Part shown: piece after piece, positions 1 through 10,761 of the stretch | How the letters are laid out: every line of letters starts with the position of its first letter | How positions within the stretch are numbered: the stretch's first letter is position 1 | Assembly: GCA_965214605.1 (NCBI GenBank) | Contig: OZ243961.1 | Coordinates: 2,848,001 to 2,912,000, forward strand | Reading direction: 5' to 3' | DNA from: an uncultured Candidatus Binatia bacterium | GTDB taxonomy: Bacteria; Desulfobacterota; Binatia; Bin18 | Length of the DNA: 64,000 bases | Made by a program: the position numbers and the translations under genes | The notes under the pieces: generated by a model | Told to the model about the DNA's origin: nothing | The model's database searches: none | Seen by the model: the letters and a program-made list of their open reading frames with translations, nothing else

Positions 1-426
1 CTGATTGAGGGCGCGCATGAAGGTCATGGGCTTGGCACACGCTTTCTGCGTCACCTGTCACGCACCTCGGTCTTGGTCTGTCTGCTCGATATTTCGGATC
101 CGCAACGCGATCCGTGGCACGACTATGAAGTCCTCATGCATGAGCTCCACAGCTTTGATCCAGCCCTGGTCAAACAGCCCCGGCTGGTCGTGGTCACGAA
201 GTATGATCTGGCCGTAACGCAGGAGCGCTTTGCCGAGGTGGCGGCAACATTTGCCACCCATGATATAAAGCTGATAACGCTCAGCGCCATCAGTCGCAAG
301 GGCGTGAGCAACCTGATCTGGAAAGTTGCTCATACGCTGGCCGACGCTCGACAGCAAGCCGAGGAAGATACCGCCGACCTCGGCGCGTCCACCCAGCCTG
401 ATGAGGACGCGCAGATATGGGATTAG
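1..426 (+). CDS. obgE: GTPase ObgE, C-terminal part (5' truncated by window)
   Basis: Frame 1 from base 1 reads LIEGAHEGHGLGTRFLRHLSRT..., with a G4-like TKYD and LSAISRKGV; conserved obg-proB synteny. Confidence 0.93.
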   Translation: MIEGAHEGHGLGTRFLRHLSRTSVLVCLLDISDPQRDPWHDYEVLMHELHSFDPALVKQPRLVVVTKYDLAVTQERFAEVAATFATHDIKLITLSAISRKGVSNLIWKVAHTLADARQQAEEDTADLGASTQPDEDAQIWD

Positions 427-1574
427 TCGAGACCCAACTCCCTCATAAAGTCGACATCCTGCGACGTGTCCGTCGGGTCGTGATCAAGGTTGGCAGCAGT
501 ATCCTTTCCCAGCAGAATGGGGTGAATGTCAACAGTGTTGACCGTCTGGCACGAGACATGTCGGCGCTGCTGCGGACCGGAAGCGGAGACCGGGACAGAG
601 AGGTCGTTCTGGTCAGCTCAGGAGCCGTTGCAGCAGGAATGGGGCGCTTAGGCGTTCAACCCGAGCGGTTCCGAACGATTCCGACTAGACAGGCCGCGGC
701 TGCGGTCGGCCAGATCACGTTGATGGCCCTGTATGAGCAGGCTTTTTCACGCCACGGGGCCCATGTCGGCCAGATTTTGCTGACCCATGACGATGTGGCC
801 GACCGACGCCGCTATCTGAACGCCAAGCACACCATGCGAACCCTGCTTGAGACCGGCGTTATCCCAATTGTGAACGAGAACGATAGTGTGGCGGTCGAGG
901 AGATTGAGTTTGGCGATAACGATCATCTGTCAGCCCTGGTCGCCGTCCTGATTGAGGCCGATCTGTTGGTTATTCTGAGCGATGTCGAGGGGCTGTACGA
1001 GCGCGACCCTCGGCTGCATGCCGACGCCCGACTAGTGTCCCTGGTTGAGCGGTGTGATATGTCCTATACCACTGGTGGCGCGGGCCCACTCGGTCGGGGC
1101 GGTATGACGTCCAAGCTCCAAGCCGCCCATAAGGCGGCCCTGTCTGGCATCCCGACTATTATTGCCGATGGGCGCCACGATACGAGTTTGCAGGCTGTTT
1201 TCAATCCACAGATTCCAACCGGGACCTTGTTTCTGCCTGTCAGCGATCGTCTTACCAGCCGCAAGCACTGGATCGCCTATACTCTCAAACCGGCCGGCAG
1301 CCTACAACTCGACGCCGGTGCCGCCAACGCGGTCCGCCGTGCAGGCCGCAGTCTGCTGCCGGCCGGGGTGCGTGAGATACAGGGCTCCTTTGGGGTTGGT
1401 GACTGTGTCGCCTGTGTGGATGAAAGCGGACAGGAGTTTGCCCGGGGGCTGGTCAACTACCATTCGGCGGCTCTTGCCCAGATCAAGGGCCTCAAAACCG
1501 GCCAAATTGAGCAGATTTTGGGCTATAAAGTCAGCGATGAGGTCATCCATCGGGATGATTTGGCACTTTTGTAA
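417..1574 (+). CDS. proB: Glutamate 5-kinase with PUA domain
   Basis: VIKVGSS, VSSGAVAAG, NENDSV, FGDND, GGMTSK; C-terminal PUA (SLLPAGV...IHRDDL). Confidence 0.97.
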   Translation: MGLVETQLPHKVDILRRVRRVVIKVGSSILSQQNGVNVNSVDRLARDMSALLRTGSGDRDREVVLVSSGAVAAGMGRLGVQPERFRTIPTRQAAAAVGQITLMALYEQAFSRHGAHVGQILLTHDDVADRRRYLNAKHTMRTLLETGVIPIVNENDSVAVEEIEFGDNDHLSALVAVLIEADLLVILSDVEGLYERDPRLHADARLVSLVERCDMSYTTGGAGPLGRGGMTSKLQAAHKAALSGIPTIIADGRHDTSLQAVFNPQIPTGTLFLPVSDRLTSRKHWIAYTLKPAGSLQLDAGAANAVRRAGRSLLPAGVREIQGSFGVGDCVACVDESGQEFARGLVNYHSAALAQIKGLKTGQIEQILGYKVSDEVIHRDDLALL

Positions 1575-1633
1575 GACAGAGCTAATCGTGATAGCGAACA
1601 GTATCTTTGGATATCACGATTTGGGAGACCGGT

Positions 1634-2890
1634 ATGGATCTCGAACACATGGTAGGCGCCCTGTGCCAGGCAGCGAAAAAAGCAGCCCGGGGGCTGGCTA
1701 CGACCTCAACCCAGGCCAAAAACGAGGCCCTGCTCAAGTCGGCCACGGCACTGCGGCAGGACAGCCGGACGCTCCTGGCCGCTAACGCTCAGGATGTTGA
1801 GGCCGGCCGCCAGAATGGGCTGTCCTCAGCCATGCTTGATCGTCTGACGCTGACCGAGGAGCGCATTGAGAGCATGGCAAACGGCTTGGAGATTATTGTC
1901 GATCTGCCCGACCCGGTTGGCGAGACAGTAGCGATGTGGCGGCGTCCCAACGGCCTAGAGATCGGTCAGGTCCGGGTGCCGCTTGGCGTGGTGGGGATTA
2001 TTTATGAATCGCGTCCCAATGTGACGGCGGACGCCGCCGGTTTAGGGCTCAAAGCTGGCAATGCGGTGATTCTCAAAGGCGGCTCTGAGGCTTTTCGGAC
2101 CAATGGCGCTATTGTTGATATTCTGACTGCGGCGCTTGGCCAGGTCGGATTGCCGCCTGCCGCTGTTCAACTTGTTCGATCGACCGATCGCAAGTCGGTG
2201 CACGTCTTGCTGCAACAGGACCGGTTTGTGGACGTCATTATTCCGCGTGGCGGAGAGGATCTCATTCGAGCGGTGACCGAGCAGTCCTCCATTCCGGTGA
2301 TCCAGCACTTTTCGGGCGTATGTCATACCTATGTGGATGCTGCGGCCGATTTTGACAAGGCCATGCGGATTACGCTCAATGCCAAGACTCAACGCCCCTG
2401 GGTGTGTAACGCTATGGAGAATTTGCTAGTCCATAAGGACGTTGCCCCCCACTTCTTACCCCCCTTTGTTGAAGCGCTTCACAAAGCTGGCGCAGAGGTT
2501 CGTGGCTGTGCGCGAACCAGACACATCGTTCCCGATGTCAAAGTGGCGACCGAGACGGATTGGCAGACCGAGTATTTAGACCTGATCCTGTCGATCAAAG
2601 TCGTTGATTCGATCGATGAAGCCATTCCCTTTATTAACGACAACGGTTCTGGGCTAGCCGACGCCATTATCAGCGAGAATTACACCAGCACGCGGCGTTT
2701 TCTGCAAGAGATTGACTCGGCAACCGTATATGCCAACGCTTCGACCCGCTTTACCGACGGCTATGAATTCGGGTTTGGGGCCGAGATCGGCATTTCAACC
2801 AACCGACTGCACGCGCGTGGACCCATGGGGCTACGCGAGTTAACCACCTATAAATACCTGATCTACGGCGATGGCCAAGTCAGAGAGTAA
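1634..2890 (+). CDS. proA: Gamma-glutamyl phosphate reductase
   Basis: VPLGVVGIIYESRPNVT, CNAME, NASTRFTDG, GAEIGIST, HARGPMGL; ATG 1634 after GGGAG. Confidence 0.97.
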   Translation: MDLEHMVGALCQAAKKAARGLATTSTQAKNEALLKSATALRQDSRTLLAANAQDVEAGRQNGLSSAMLDRLTLTEERIESMANGLEIIVDLPDPVGETVAMWRRPNGLEIGQVRVPLGVVGIIYESRPNVTADAAGLGLKAGNAVILKGGSEAFRTNGAIVDILTAALGQVGLPPAAVQLVRSTDRKSVHVLLQQDRFVDVIIPRGGEDLIRAVTEQSSIPVIQHFSGVCHTYVDAAADFDKAMRITLNAKTQRPWVCNAMENLLVHKDVAPHFLPPFVEALHKAGAEVRGCARTRHIVPDVKVATETDWQTEYLDLILSIKVVDSIDEAIPFINDNGSGLADAIISENYTSTRRFLQEIDSATVYANASTRFTDGYEFGFGAEIGISTNRLHARGPMGLRELTTYKYLIYGDGQVRE

Positions 2891-3545
2891 GAACACGGCT
2901 CCCCGTCCACACATTGGAATCTTTGGCGGGACGTTTAATCCGATCCACCTCGGTCACGTTCGGAGTGCCGAAGAGATTCGTCAGACCTGCGCCTTAGACC
3001 ATATTTATTTTGTGCCCTCCGCACGCCCTCCGCATAAAGACAACCGTGAGCTAGTGTCTGGCCAGCATCGGCTGCGGATGGTCGAATTGGCCGTGGCCGA
3101 TGAGCCGGCCTTCTCGGCCTCGGGAGTTGAGCTCGAACGTCCGGGCCCGTCGTACTCGGTTGATACGCTGCGCCATTTTTGGGCCGCCCTGCCGTCCGCT
3201 TCTCTGTCTTTCATCTTGGGGCTCGACGCCTTTCTGGAAATGCAAACCTGGAAAGACTATCGGACTATTCCTCACCTATGTAACCTGATTGTCACCTCAC
3301 GACCCGGCACACCGCGTCCGAGCTGCCCGCTTCCCGTTGAATTTCAGTCTGTTTTTTGTTACGATCCACTGTCAAGGATGTACACGCACCCTTCACATTC
3401 TACTCTTGTTATTTGTGAGATCAGCGGTCTCGATATCTCAGCATCAACGATCCGTCGGAACATTCGAAGCGGCACGTCCGTTCGTTCTCTCGTCCATCCA
3501 GCCGTGGCAGCCTATATTGCAGACCACGATTTGTACCAAAGGTGA
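2871..3545 (+). CDS. nadD: Nicotinate-nucleotide adenylyltransferase
   Basis: GIFGGTFNPIHLGH, PPHK, SYSVDTL, ISASTIR. Confidence 0.96.
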   Translation: MAKSESKNTAPRPHIGIFGGTFNPIHLGHVRSAEEIRQTCALDHIYFVPSARPPHKDNRELVSGQHRLRMVELAVADEPAFSASGVELERPGPSYSVDTLRHFWAALPSASLSFILGLDAFLEMQTWKDYRTIPHLCNLIVTSRPGTPRPSCPLPVEFQSVFCYDPLSRMYTHPSHSTLVICEISGLDISASTIRRNIRSGTSVRSLVHPAVAAYIADHDLYQR

Positions 3546-3609
3546 TTGGAATGTCCAACGATATCTTGTGTTCTCACATGCATCTTTGCCAGCAGGAGAG
3601 GTCAGTATT

Positions 3610-4002
3610 TTGAACGATAAGAGCTGGGAAAAGGCTCTTCGCTGTGCTCAATCTGCGCTTGACAAAAAAGCGTATGACCTTGTGGCGCTCAAGGTCACTG
3701 CGCTCACCCCGGTCGCCGACTATTTTATTGTGTGTACCGGTCGCTCTGATACTCAGGTGCGCAGCATTTGCGAAGCCATTGGAGAAGCCTTGTCGGCTCA
3801 GGGTATCCATCCCTTAGCGGTTGAAGGTTTTGTGAACGGACAGTGGGTGCTGATGGATTTTGGTGATGTGGTTGTCCATATTTTCTACGAGGACGTCCGG
3901 GAGTTCTACAATTTGGACGGTCTCTGGGCCAACGCACTAAGATGTGAGTTGCCCGAACCGTACTCAAGCCAAGCCCAAGGTCTCAAGATCGCAACGGCCT
4001 GA
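3610..4002 (+). CDS. rsfS: Ribosome silencing factor RsfS
   Basis: DKKAYD, ADYFIVCTG, WVLMDFGDVVVHIF, REFYNLDGLW; probable TTG start 3610 after AGGAGAGG; follows nadD. Confidence 0.94.
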   Translation: MNDKSWEKALRCAQSALDKKAYDLVALKVTALTPVADYFIVCTGRSDTQVRSICEAIGEALSAQGIHPLAVEGFVNGQWVLMDFGDVVVHIFYEDVREFYNLDGLWANALRCELPEPYSSQAQGLKIATA

Positions 4003-4073
4003 GGGAGGATCGAGAGACGCCGCTGCGTTGTCCGGTATAGAGATCGGAACGCGGGGTTTGACGGGGGGATTTT

Positions 4074-4511
4074 ATGGCTCGTACTTCTACTCCGACCGAA
4101 ATCCTCTACTACGGGAGTACCCGCCAGGAACAGTACTGGGAAAACGAAAACCAAACGCTCCGTATTGCCCGCAATATCTCCTCACCGATGTGGCTGGCCT
4201 ACCGCAAACAGAGCGGAACCTACCGGCCCTTTCCGGCCCGACCGCGCACGGCCACAACAAGAAAACGGGGCCGCCGCAAAGAGGCCCATACGCTGCCCTT
4301 GGCCGGACGCAGCGCAGAAGAGGTTGTCACCCAACTCAAAAAGTTTCATAAGCTAAGCTTGTCCCTTGAGCAGCGTTTACGGAGATGGATGAATAAGAGC
4401 TCTGGGGAGCGAGTCTTGGCCTTTCTTGACCCCAATCAGGGTGGTGCGCCTGTGATGACCGATCCCGGAATCCCGCAATCCCAGCAGAGTCACCTCCACA
4501 AAGAGGAGTAG
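4074..4511 (+). CDS. Hypothetical basic protein (145 aa)
   Basis: ATG preceded by GGGGGA, co-oriented with the upstream operon; no family recognised. Confidence 0.55.
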   Translation: MARTSTPTEILYYGSTRQEQYWENENQTLRIARNISSPMWLAYRKQSGTYRPFPARPRTATTRKRGRRKEAHTLPLAGRSAEEVVTQLKKFHKLSLSLEQRLRRWMNKSSGERVLAFLDPNQGGAPVMTDPGIPQSQQSHLHKEE

Positions 4512-5367
4512 GGGAGACCTCCGCCCGTCTGCTGAGTCGTCGCCAAAGGGGCGAGGCATGGGGAGGATCGTTCGCAAACCGCCTCGGCGCCTCCGTCCTT
4601 TGCATTCTGAGCGCGTAGTGGGGACACGGCCGACGTATGGAAGAAGAGGCGCTGGAGGCTCAGACAGCGCGCTTGAGGCAAAAAAGAGATCGACTGCGGC
4701 TGACCGTGGAGAGTCGTAGATATAAGGTCTATGAGCAGAAAAAAAGAAGCGATCGAAGCCTAAGGGATTGTAGTGATGGTGCTTGGCGTCATGCACACAG
4801 ACCAACCCGCTCCACGTGGCAACACCGCTCTGCCAGAAACCGTCATCCCAAGCCGATGGTCGCCCACCCGGCTCTCTCTGCAGTCCAAGAAAAACCGGCT
4901 GCAACAGGAGTTATGACCTTGACCCGTCTTGCTCCGGCTCAGGAGGCGAGCCTTTCACCTTGGTACGCCGTCTCTTCTCAGCATCAGACGCTGAAGCCCG
5001 CCCGTCGGCTGCCACGGCCCTTCTCGTGAAAACGCCCCTGGCCGGATTGGCCAGAGTCTGGGCCGTCGGGGAGTCCAAACCCGACAACCAGCCTCAGTCT
5101 CACTTTGCACTCCACAAGCAGCTGCTGGCCCGGATGGGCGTCGATTCACAGTCTGCGCCGTCTCCCCCTGCTCATGTCTCTTCCCACCAAAAATACTGCA
5201 AGCTTCCTCTTGCCGTTAGGCAGCTCCGTACAATGCCACCCTTTGGCAGTCTGTCCACGTTGGTTTCTGGATGGTCGAGATTGTGACTAGGGTCGGCTTA
5301 GATTAGATGGTATTGTGTCTCAGCCCCCGAATCGTTCAGTCCAGCCCCCTATGGAGAAAGATCACCG

Positions 5368-6183
5368 ATGGACAAGCGCGACCGCCTTCCCCCCCTACTC
5401 CAACACAAAGCCTACGGCCAGGCGTCCAAGTTTGTAGCGGACAAGCTGCTGCGAGAAGCTCGCCGCCAAAAGGCGTTGCCAGACGGGCGGCTCCCCCGGG
5501 TGTGTGTGCTTGACCCCGATGGAGATATTGTGGCTAATCTGTTGGCGCGCGGGCAGGCCCGGCACAACGCGGTCTGGGCCTGTTACCATACCACAATGTA
5601 TAATTTTTGTCGGGACCAGGTTGAGTGTGGGATTATCGGGGCGGTGGTCGGAGCGCCGTTTGCCGTCCTGGTGGCTGAAGAATTATTTGCTTCAGGCTGT
5701 GAGTTGCTCATTCATGTGACCTCCTCGGGTCAAATCGTCCCAAGCTGGCAGCCGCCGTTTTTTCTGCTCGTTGAAAAAGCTTTGCGAGACGAGGGTACCA
5801 GCTATCACTACCTGCCCGCGGCCGACTTCTCATACCTCCGTCCTGAACTGCTTGATCTGCTCCGGAACGCCTTTGACGCCCTTGATACGCCGGTCTATCG
5901 GGGTGCAAGCTGGACCACCGACGCTCCCTTTCGAGAAACCCAGACCGCGATCAGTCAGGCCAAAGCGCGGGGTATTATGGCGGTTGAGATGGAGGTGGCC
6001 GGGCTGTACGCTTTTTCCCAGGCCCGGGCCAAACCAGTGGTGTGTTTCGCCCATGTCACCAATCAAATGGGCGACGTCGAGGGCGATTTTGAGAAGGGCG
6101 AGGCGCAGGGCAGTCAAGCCGCCCTGGAGATTATTCTGGCAACGGCAAAAACCTGGCTGGCCGCCCAGCCCACTCCTTTGTGA
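5368..6183 (+). CDS. Nucleoside phosphorylase family protein (PNP/UDP)
   Basis: GAPFAVLVAEELFASG, ALRDEGTSYHY, WTTDAPFRET, AVEME. Confidence 0.88.
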   Translation: MDKRDRLPPLLQHKAYGQASKFVADKLLREARRQKALPDGRLPRVCVLDPDGDIVANLLARGQARHNAVWACYHTTMYNFCRDQVECGIIGAVVGAPFAVLVAEELFASGCELLIHVTSSGQIVPSWQPPFFLLVEKALRDEGTSYHYLPAADFSYLRPELLDLLRNAFDALDTPVYRGASWTTDAPFRETQTAISQAKARGIMAVEMEVAGLYAFSQARAKPVVCFAHVTNQMGDVEGDFEKGEAQGSQAALEIILATAKTWLAAQPTPL

Positions 6184-6279
6184 GGAGCCTTGACGCCCAA
6201 GCCGCCAAGGGTTGCAGAGGGTTGTTGAATCTTGCTATGTATCTGCGGCAATTGTAAACACGACAGAGGGGCGAGATCG

Positions 6280-6849
6280 ATGAATATAGAACACAACGAA
6301 CCGTCTTTCCCGCAAGACCGAGAAATTGCCACCCTGGGCGGCGGCTGCTTCTGGTGTCTCGAAGCGGTCTATGTCGAACTCAAGGGAGTTGACCGAGTTG
6401 TGTCTGGCTACATGGGAGGAGAGATGCCGAACCCCTCTTATGAAGAGGTGTGTGCGGGGACGACAGGCCACGCAGAAGTGGTCCAGGTGACGCATGACCC
6501 CAGTATGATTTCTTTCCAGGATATCTTACAGGTCTTCTTCACCATCCATGATCCAACCACCCTGAATCGCCAAGGCGCGGATGTCGGCACCCAGTACCGT
6601 TCGGCGATTTACTACCACACGCCCACCCAAGAAGAAATCTCGGCCGCGGTCATCCAGGAGCTTGAGGCCGCCGGCGTGTGGGACGGAAAATTTGTGACCG
6701 AAGTTGCCCCCGCTGGGCCGTTCTATCCGGCTGAAGACTACCACCAAGACTTTTTTGCCCGCAATCCGTACCAACCCTACTGTCAGTATGTGGTCGCTCC
6801 CAAAGTCTCAAGACTGCGCAAAGCTTTTGCCGACAAGCTCAAACGCTAA
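6280..6849 (+). CDS. msrA: Peptide methionine sulfoxide reductase A
   Basis: GGGCFWCLE, GHAEVV, HDPTTLNRQG, FYPAEDYHQ, PYC. Confidence 0.97.
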   Translation: MNIEHNEPSFPQDREIATLGGGCFWCLEAVYVELKGVDRVVSGYMGGEMPNPSYEEVCAGTTGHAEVVQVTHDPSMISFQDILQVFFTIHDPTTLNRQGADVGTQYRSAIYYHTPTQEEISAAVIQELEAAGVWDGKFVTEVAPAGPFYPAEDYHQDFFARNPYQPYCQYVVAPKVSRLRKAFADKLKR

Positions 6850-6937
6850 ACGTTCTGAGCGACTCTCCAGCAGCATCAAGAGAGAATGGTAGTGGTGCCC
6901 TCCCCCAGCCTTTTGTGCGTCTCTGCGCAGCCACGGC

Positions 6938-7669
6938 TCAGAGCGTATAGCCCTGGCGTCTCAGTCGCTTGGCCGCTTCACGAAAGCTGAGGCTGCTCAG
7001 CCGTGCCCTGTTGTGGAGCAGAAAGGTGCGTACCTGCTCGGGGGCGGTTGCCGAGTAATCGCGTAGTGCCCAACCGATAGCTTTTCGAATGAAGAACGCG
7101 GTTTCGGCCGCGGTCTGACGGCAATAGCCGAACAGACGCCGCGCATCGGTGTCGTCTTTGTGATGGATTTGTGACAAGAGGGCCGTGCGACGAAGCCACA
7201 TGTCCTGGTCGTTAATCCAGGCGTCCATGCTTGGACTAACGGCTGAGCGATATCTGTACAAGACGCGCCCGACTAGCTGGATGGCAATCTCATCGACGAA
7301 GTCCCACCAGCCACCTTCTTGGATGAGCTGCTTGTACAAGGGCAGCGACTCGGGAGTGACAAACCCATCATACAGCCGGGCGATATGAATGGCCAGGTAT
7401 TTTTCCTCCCGGTGGGGCAGAGCCCATAGACTTTTCACCACCTGTTCGTAGGCGTTGTGGCTGGTGAGAGAAAAACGGGATTTGATCGTGCTTGCAATCC
7501 GGTCCCGCTCAGGCTTGGGCACGCCATAAAACGGCATATCCGTCTTCATGTAGGCAGCCATTGTCGCGGCCTTGGCCGGGTCGGCACGTGAGTGCAGTTG
7601 GCTGGTCACAAAGGCCAACAACTCGGGGACCGAAGATGGGGATGACGGGTGTGCCCGAAGCCGAACCAT
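6938..7669 (-). CDS. DNA alkylation repair protein (AlkD-like HEAT repeat)
   Basis: AYMK, FYGVPKP, HREEKY, WWDFVD, MWLRRTA, FFIRKAIGWALR; start uncertain (7669 or 7732). Confidence 0.9.
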   Translation of the reverse strand: MVRLRAHPSSPSSVPELLAFVTSQLHSRADPAKAATMAAYMKTDMPFYGVPKPERDRIASTIKSRFSLTSHNAYEQVVKSLWALPHREEKYLAIHIARLYDGFVTPESLPLYKQLIQEGGWWDFVDEIAIQLVGRVLYRYRSAVSPSMDAWINDQDMWLRRTALLSQIHHKDDTDARRLFGYCRQTAAETAFFIRKAIGWALRDYSATAPEQVRTFLLHNRARLSSLSFREAAKRLRRQGYTL

Positions 7670-7789
7670 CTCACAGAGTGTACCCAATGCTCTGTTGCTC
7701 AACCACCCCCGCCTGCGGATGGAACGGCGCAACAGGACAAGAGAGGATTGATACAGTCCTTGGCTAGACAGGCTTGCCCGTACAAATTC

Positions 7790-8700
7790 CGTAGGCGCTC
7801 GGTGCCAATCCTGGGCCCGCCTTTGACGAGTGAGGAGGGTCTCTGAACACTGAAGCCAAGCCTAGGAGGGCAAGTTTATGATCGAGTTTGTCGGGCAATG
7901 GAGGGAAAAGGAAAACGCCGTATGTCTGCGCTTCCTCAAACGCTCCCTGGGAGTTCCAGAATGTTTCGAAAAAAATCACTCCCAAAAGTCGCCTGTTTTC
8001 CGATGAGCGCAAGCAGCATCGGAGGTCACACCATCTCATCTAGCTCGTCTTTCCTGATACCTTCGAAGCAGTGGTCTCTCTCTGTGCTCAAGAGAGGATT
8101 GCCAAGCGGACCGTGTCAAGGAGTTGACGGGCGATATTGATCGCCGAGCGGGAGCGGATTCGCAGAGGTCTTGTCGCTGAGGACGGCAGCGATTGTGGCT
8201 TCTATGACGACCCGATCATCTGGCAGGACAACAGGTAGAAGAAAAGACAGCCCGCGCGTACCGCTCTAGCAGACGACTCTTCGGCCCCGAAACTCTTGGT
8301 GGGCCCCTTACATAGAGAGGCTGCTCAACGAGAAGGGGTGGGTCATCTTTACGAGGGCGCTTGGCACGGGCAAGATCTACGTTGCGCGGAGAGATACTGT
8401 CTGAGTGGATCGAAGGAACGCGGTCCGGCGTGTCCTAGCTCCACCCGTCCTACGCCTGCGAGGATTTTGTCCTACCGATCTGTACAGATCAGGGGGCCGC
8501 GCCTGGAGCCAGTCTCACGAACGGGCCGTTAGTCGAAGCGGCAGAGAGGGCGAAGGAGGAGCCGGACGCCAAGCACTTCCTTAGTGATTGATGAAATCAA
8601 CCAGCGGGCAGCCTCGCCACGGTGTTCGGTGACTGGGACTAGGCGATATACCTATACAGTCCCGACGATGAGCTATTTTCATTAAAAACCTCTCCCCGGG
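7790..8700 (+). pseudogene. Eroded McrB-family AAA+ restriction GTPase relic
   Basis: Collinear fragments in shifting frames: ANPGPAF (7804), IEFVGQW (7881), LVFPDTFEAVVS (8044), IERLLNEKGWVIF..GTGKIYVAR (8312; Walker A), *LHPSYACEDFV (~8436), VIDEIN..GSLATVFGD (~8584; Walker B). Confidence 0.75.
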
Positions 8701-8759
8701 AAAGCCTTGTATTGCCCGGTCCAGGATGCTTTAAGTCTGAGCCACAAGGGAGGACAGCC

Positions 8760-9524
8760 ATGGCGAGGTTCGAAGACTACGCGACTGCCTACAAACATGT
8801 TCGGATGGAGCGGCGCAACGGCATTTTGCAGATGCAGTTACACACCGATGGCGGAACGCTGCGCTGGGGAGAGAGCCCGCATTCCGAATTAGGACAATGT
8901 TTTTACGATATTGGGAGTGACCCGGAGAATAAGGTCATTATTCTAACCGGAACGGAGGACAAGTTTATCGCCCGGTTTGCCCGAGAGGAGCAGTGGGAGA
9001 TCACTCCCCAGCGCTGGGACCATATTTATTGGGACGCCAAAAAGCTGCTGATGAACCACCTCGATATCGAAGTCCCAATGATCGCCGCGGTCAACGGCCC
9101 GGCCACCATTCACGCTGAACTGGGCGTGTTGTGCGATATCGTGCTGGCGACCGAGGACAGCGTCTTCCAAGACGCCCCCCATTTTCCCAATGGAATCGTG
9201 CCGGGCGATGGGGTCCATGTGGTGTGGCCGCTGCTGCTCGGTATCAACCGGGGACGATACTTCTTGCTGACCGGCCAAAAGCTGTCGGCTCAGGAAGCGC
9301 TGGATCTTGGAGTGGTGAACGAAATCGCGCCGCGTGACCAACTGCTAGCACGCGCTTGGGAGCTGGCTGAGCAGATTGTTGATAAACCGCCGCTGACCGT
9401 CCGCTATGCCCGGGTCGCCCTCACCCAGCAACTCAAACGGCTGATGCTTGACAACCTCGGCTACGGCTTGTCCTTGGAAGGCTTAGGGGCCAACGATTAT
9501 TGGCCGGGGGGCAAGAAGCGCTAG
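8760..9524 (+). CDS. Crotonase-family protein, 6-oxocamphor/beta-diketone hydrolase-like
   Basis: [41 protein letters not shown]; ATG 8760 after GGGAGG. Confidence 0.85.
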   Translation: MARFEDYATAYKHVRMERRNGILQMQLHTDGGTLRWGESPHSELGQCFYDIGSDPENKVIILTGTEDKFIARFAREEQWEITPQRWDHIYWDAKKLLMNHLDIEVPMIAAVNGPATIHAELGVLCDIVLATEDSVFQDAPHFPNGIVPGDGVHVVWPLLLGINRGRYFLLTGQKLSAQEALDLGVVNEIAPRDQLLARAWELAEQIVDKPPLTVRYARVALTQQLKRLMLDNLGYGLSLEGLGANDYWPGGKKR

Positions 9525-9549
9525 AGCGGACGCTGGGGCGTGAGGCCGC

Positions 9550-10761
9550 CTATTGAAACGGTGCGTCGTTCGTCTGACCCAGCAGGTATTTGCCCATTAG
9601 CTCCGCCACCCGGTCAGGGTGGGCGTTAATATGGAGCGGCATGGCCTGAAAGTCACGATAGCGGCGCTCAAAGGAGCCGCTCTCACGCAGTCCGTTGCCG
9701 CCCTGGACCCTGAGGAGCAGACGCATGGCTTCATCACATAGCCGCAGGGCGACCATGCTGTAGCTCAACTGGCGCAGGTAATCGGCCTCAGTCGGGCTTA
9801 TCCCAGCTTCAATGCGGGCGTCGGTCTCGGCACAGCCTGTTTCTATGGCTGCCCGGGCGGCAGAAATCGAGGCGCCGGCCTGGCCGATGTTTAACTGTAC
9901 GGCTGGCCGCTCCGCGACTTTGACGCCAAAGATGGCAATTCGGTCAGACAGCTCGGCACACGCTTCCCCAAGCGCGGCGGTCGCGAGACCAACTGCTTGG
10001 GCGCCCAGCCACAGGTCTGACAGGGCAACCCAGTCTTCCCGGTAGCGCTGGGCAATGACAGGGGTCTGGGGATCGCGGAAGGTGTAGCGAAAATTGAGCG
10101 GAAAAGGTCGGAGCAAGGAGGCCGGGACTGAGACCGACTCGTAATTGATATGGTCGGTGGCGGACGCCCGCAGGCTCATTGAGTTCCAGGTTGGATCAAT
10201 AGACACCCCCGCGGCGTCGGTCCGAACCAGCGTAAAGCGGATATCCGGCTTACCTTTGGGCTCTGTCTCACCAGCGTCTAGCGCAAACAAACACGCCGCC
10301 CATTCGGCGTAGCGTGAGCCTGAGGCAAAACTTGCCCGGCCGTTAATAATCACCTGGTCTCCGTCACGCTGTCCCCGTACGCTTGTTCCTGCTCCGGCCG
10401 GAAAACTAACCCATTCCCGATTTTCCACAATCTGCCGCAAGAGGTCTACCACGTCTGGGCCCATTTGGGCCACAATGAAATGGAACACGCACAGATGATT
10501 CCACAAACACCAAGCGGTTGAGGCGCAGCGTGCAGACACGGCCTCAAGCTCTCTGGCGATCTGGCCGATACTCGCTTCCACTCCGCCAATAGTGCGAGTG
10601 GCCGACAGGCGCATGACATCGGTCTGTTTCAAGGCCTGAATAACGTCTGAAGCAACACTGCGGGTTTGGTCGGCTTGGGGGGCTTGTGCAGCAATACGTG
10701 CTAACAGCGGTGCACACACCAACTCGTGCTCACGCCCCATAAAATCTTGTACGCTATTCAT
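9550..10761 (-). CDS. Acyl-CoA dehydrogenase-fold flavin-dependent monooxygenase (HsaA-like)
   Basis: CASTAW, FASGSRYAEW, TWNSMSLRASAT, ERRYRD..AMPLH. Confidence 0.8.
   Translation of the reverse strand: MNSVQDFMGREHELVCAPLLARIAAQAPQADQTRSVASDVIQALKQTDVMRLSATRTIGGVEASIGQIARELEAVSARCASTAWCLWNHLCVFHFIVAQMGPDVVDLLRQIVENREWVSFPAGAGTSVRGQRDGDQVIINGRASFASGSRYAEWAACLFALDAGETEPKGKPDIRFTLVRTDAAGVSIDPTWNSMSLRASATDHINYESVSVPASLLRPFPLNFRYTFRDPQTPVIAQRYREDWVALSDLWLGAQAVGLATAALGEACAELSDRIAIFGVKVAERPAVQLNIGQAGASISAARAAIETGCAETDARIEAGISPTEADYLRQLSYSMVALRLCDEAMRLLLRVQGGNGLRESGSFERRYRDFQAMPLHINAHPDRVAELMGKYLLGQTNDAPFQ

Noticed and set aside
4900-4990. RNase P RNA-like words (GGTGAAA, CCGGAGCAAG) on the minus strand
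   Set aside because: The universal GAGGAAAGTCC and ACAGAA..CGGCTTA elements are absent.
4637-5029. 130-aa ORF with a coiled-coil-like start
   Set aside because: No clear SD or family, and overlapping ORFs are equally weak.
7764-8039. BrnT-toxin-like phrase (HKLALLGLASVFRDP) on the minus strand
   Set aside because: Only a short resemblance; the plus strand is better explained by collinear McrB fragments.
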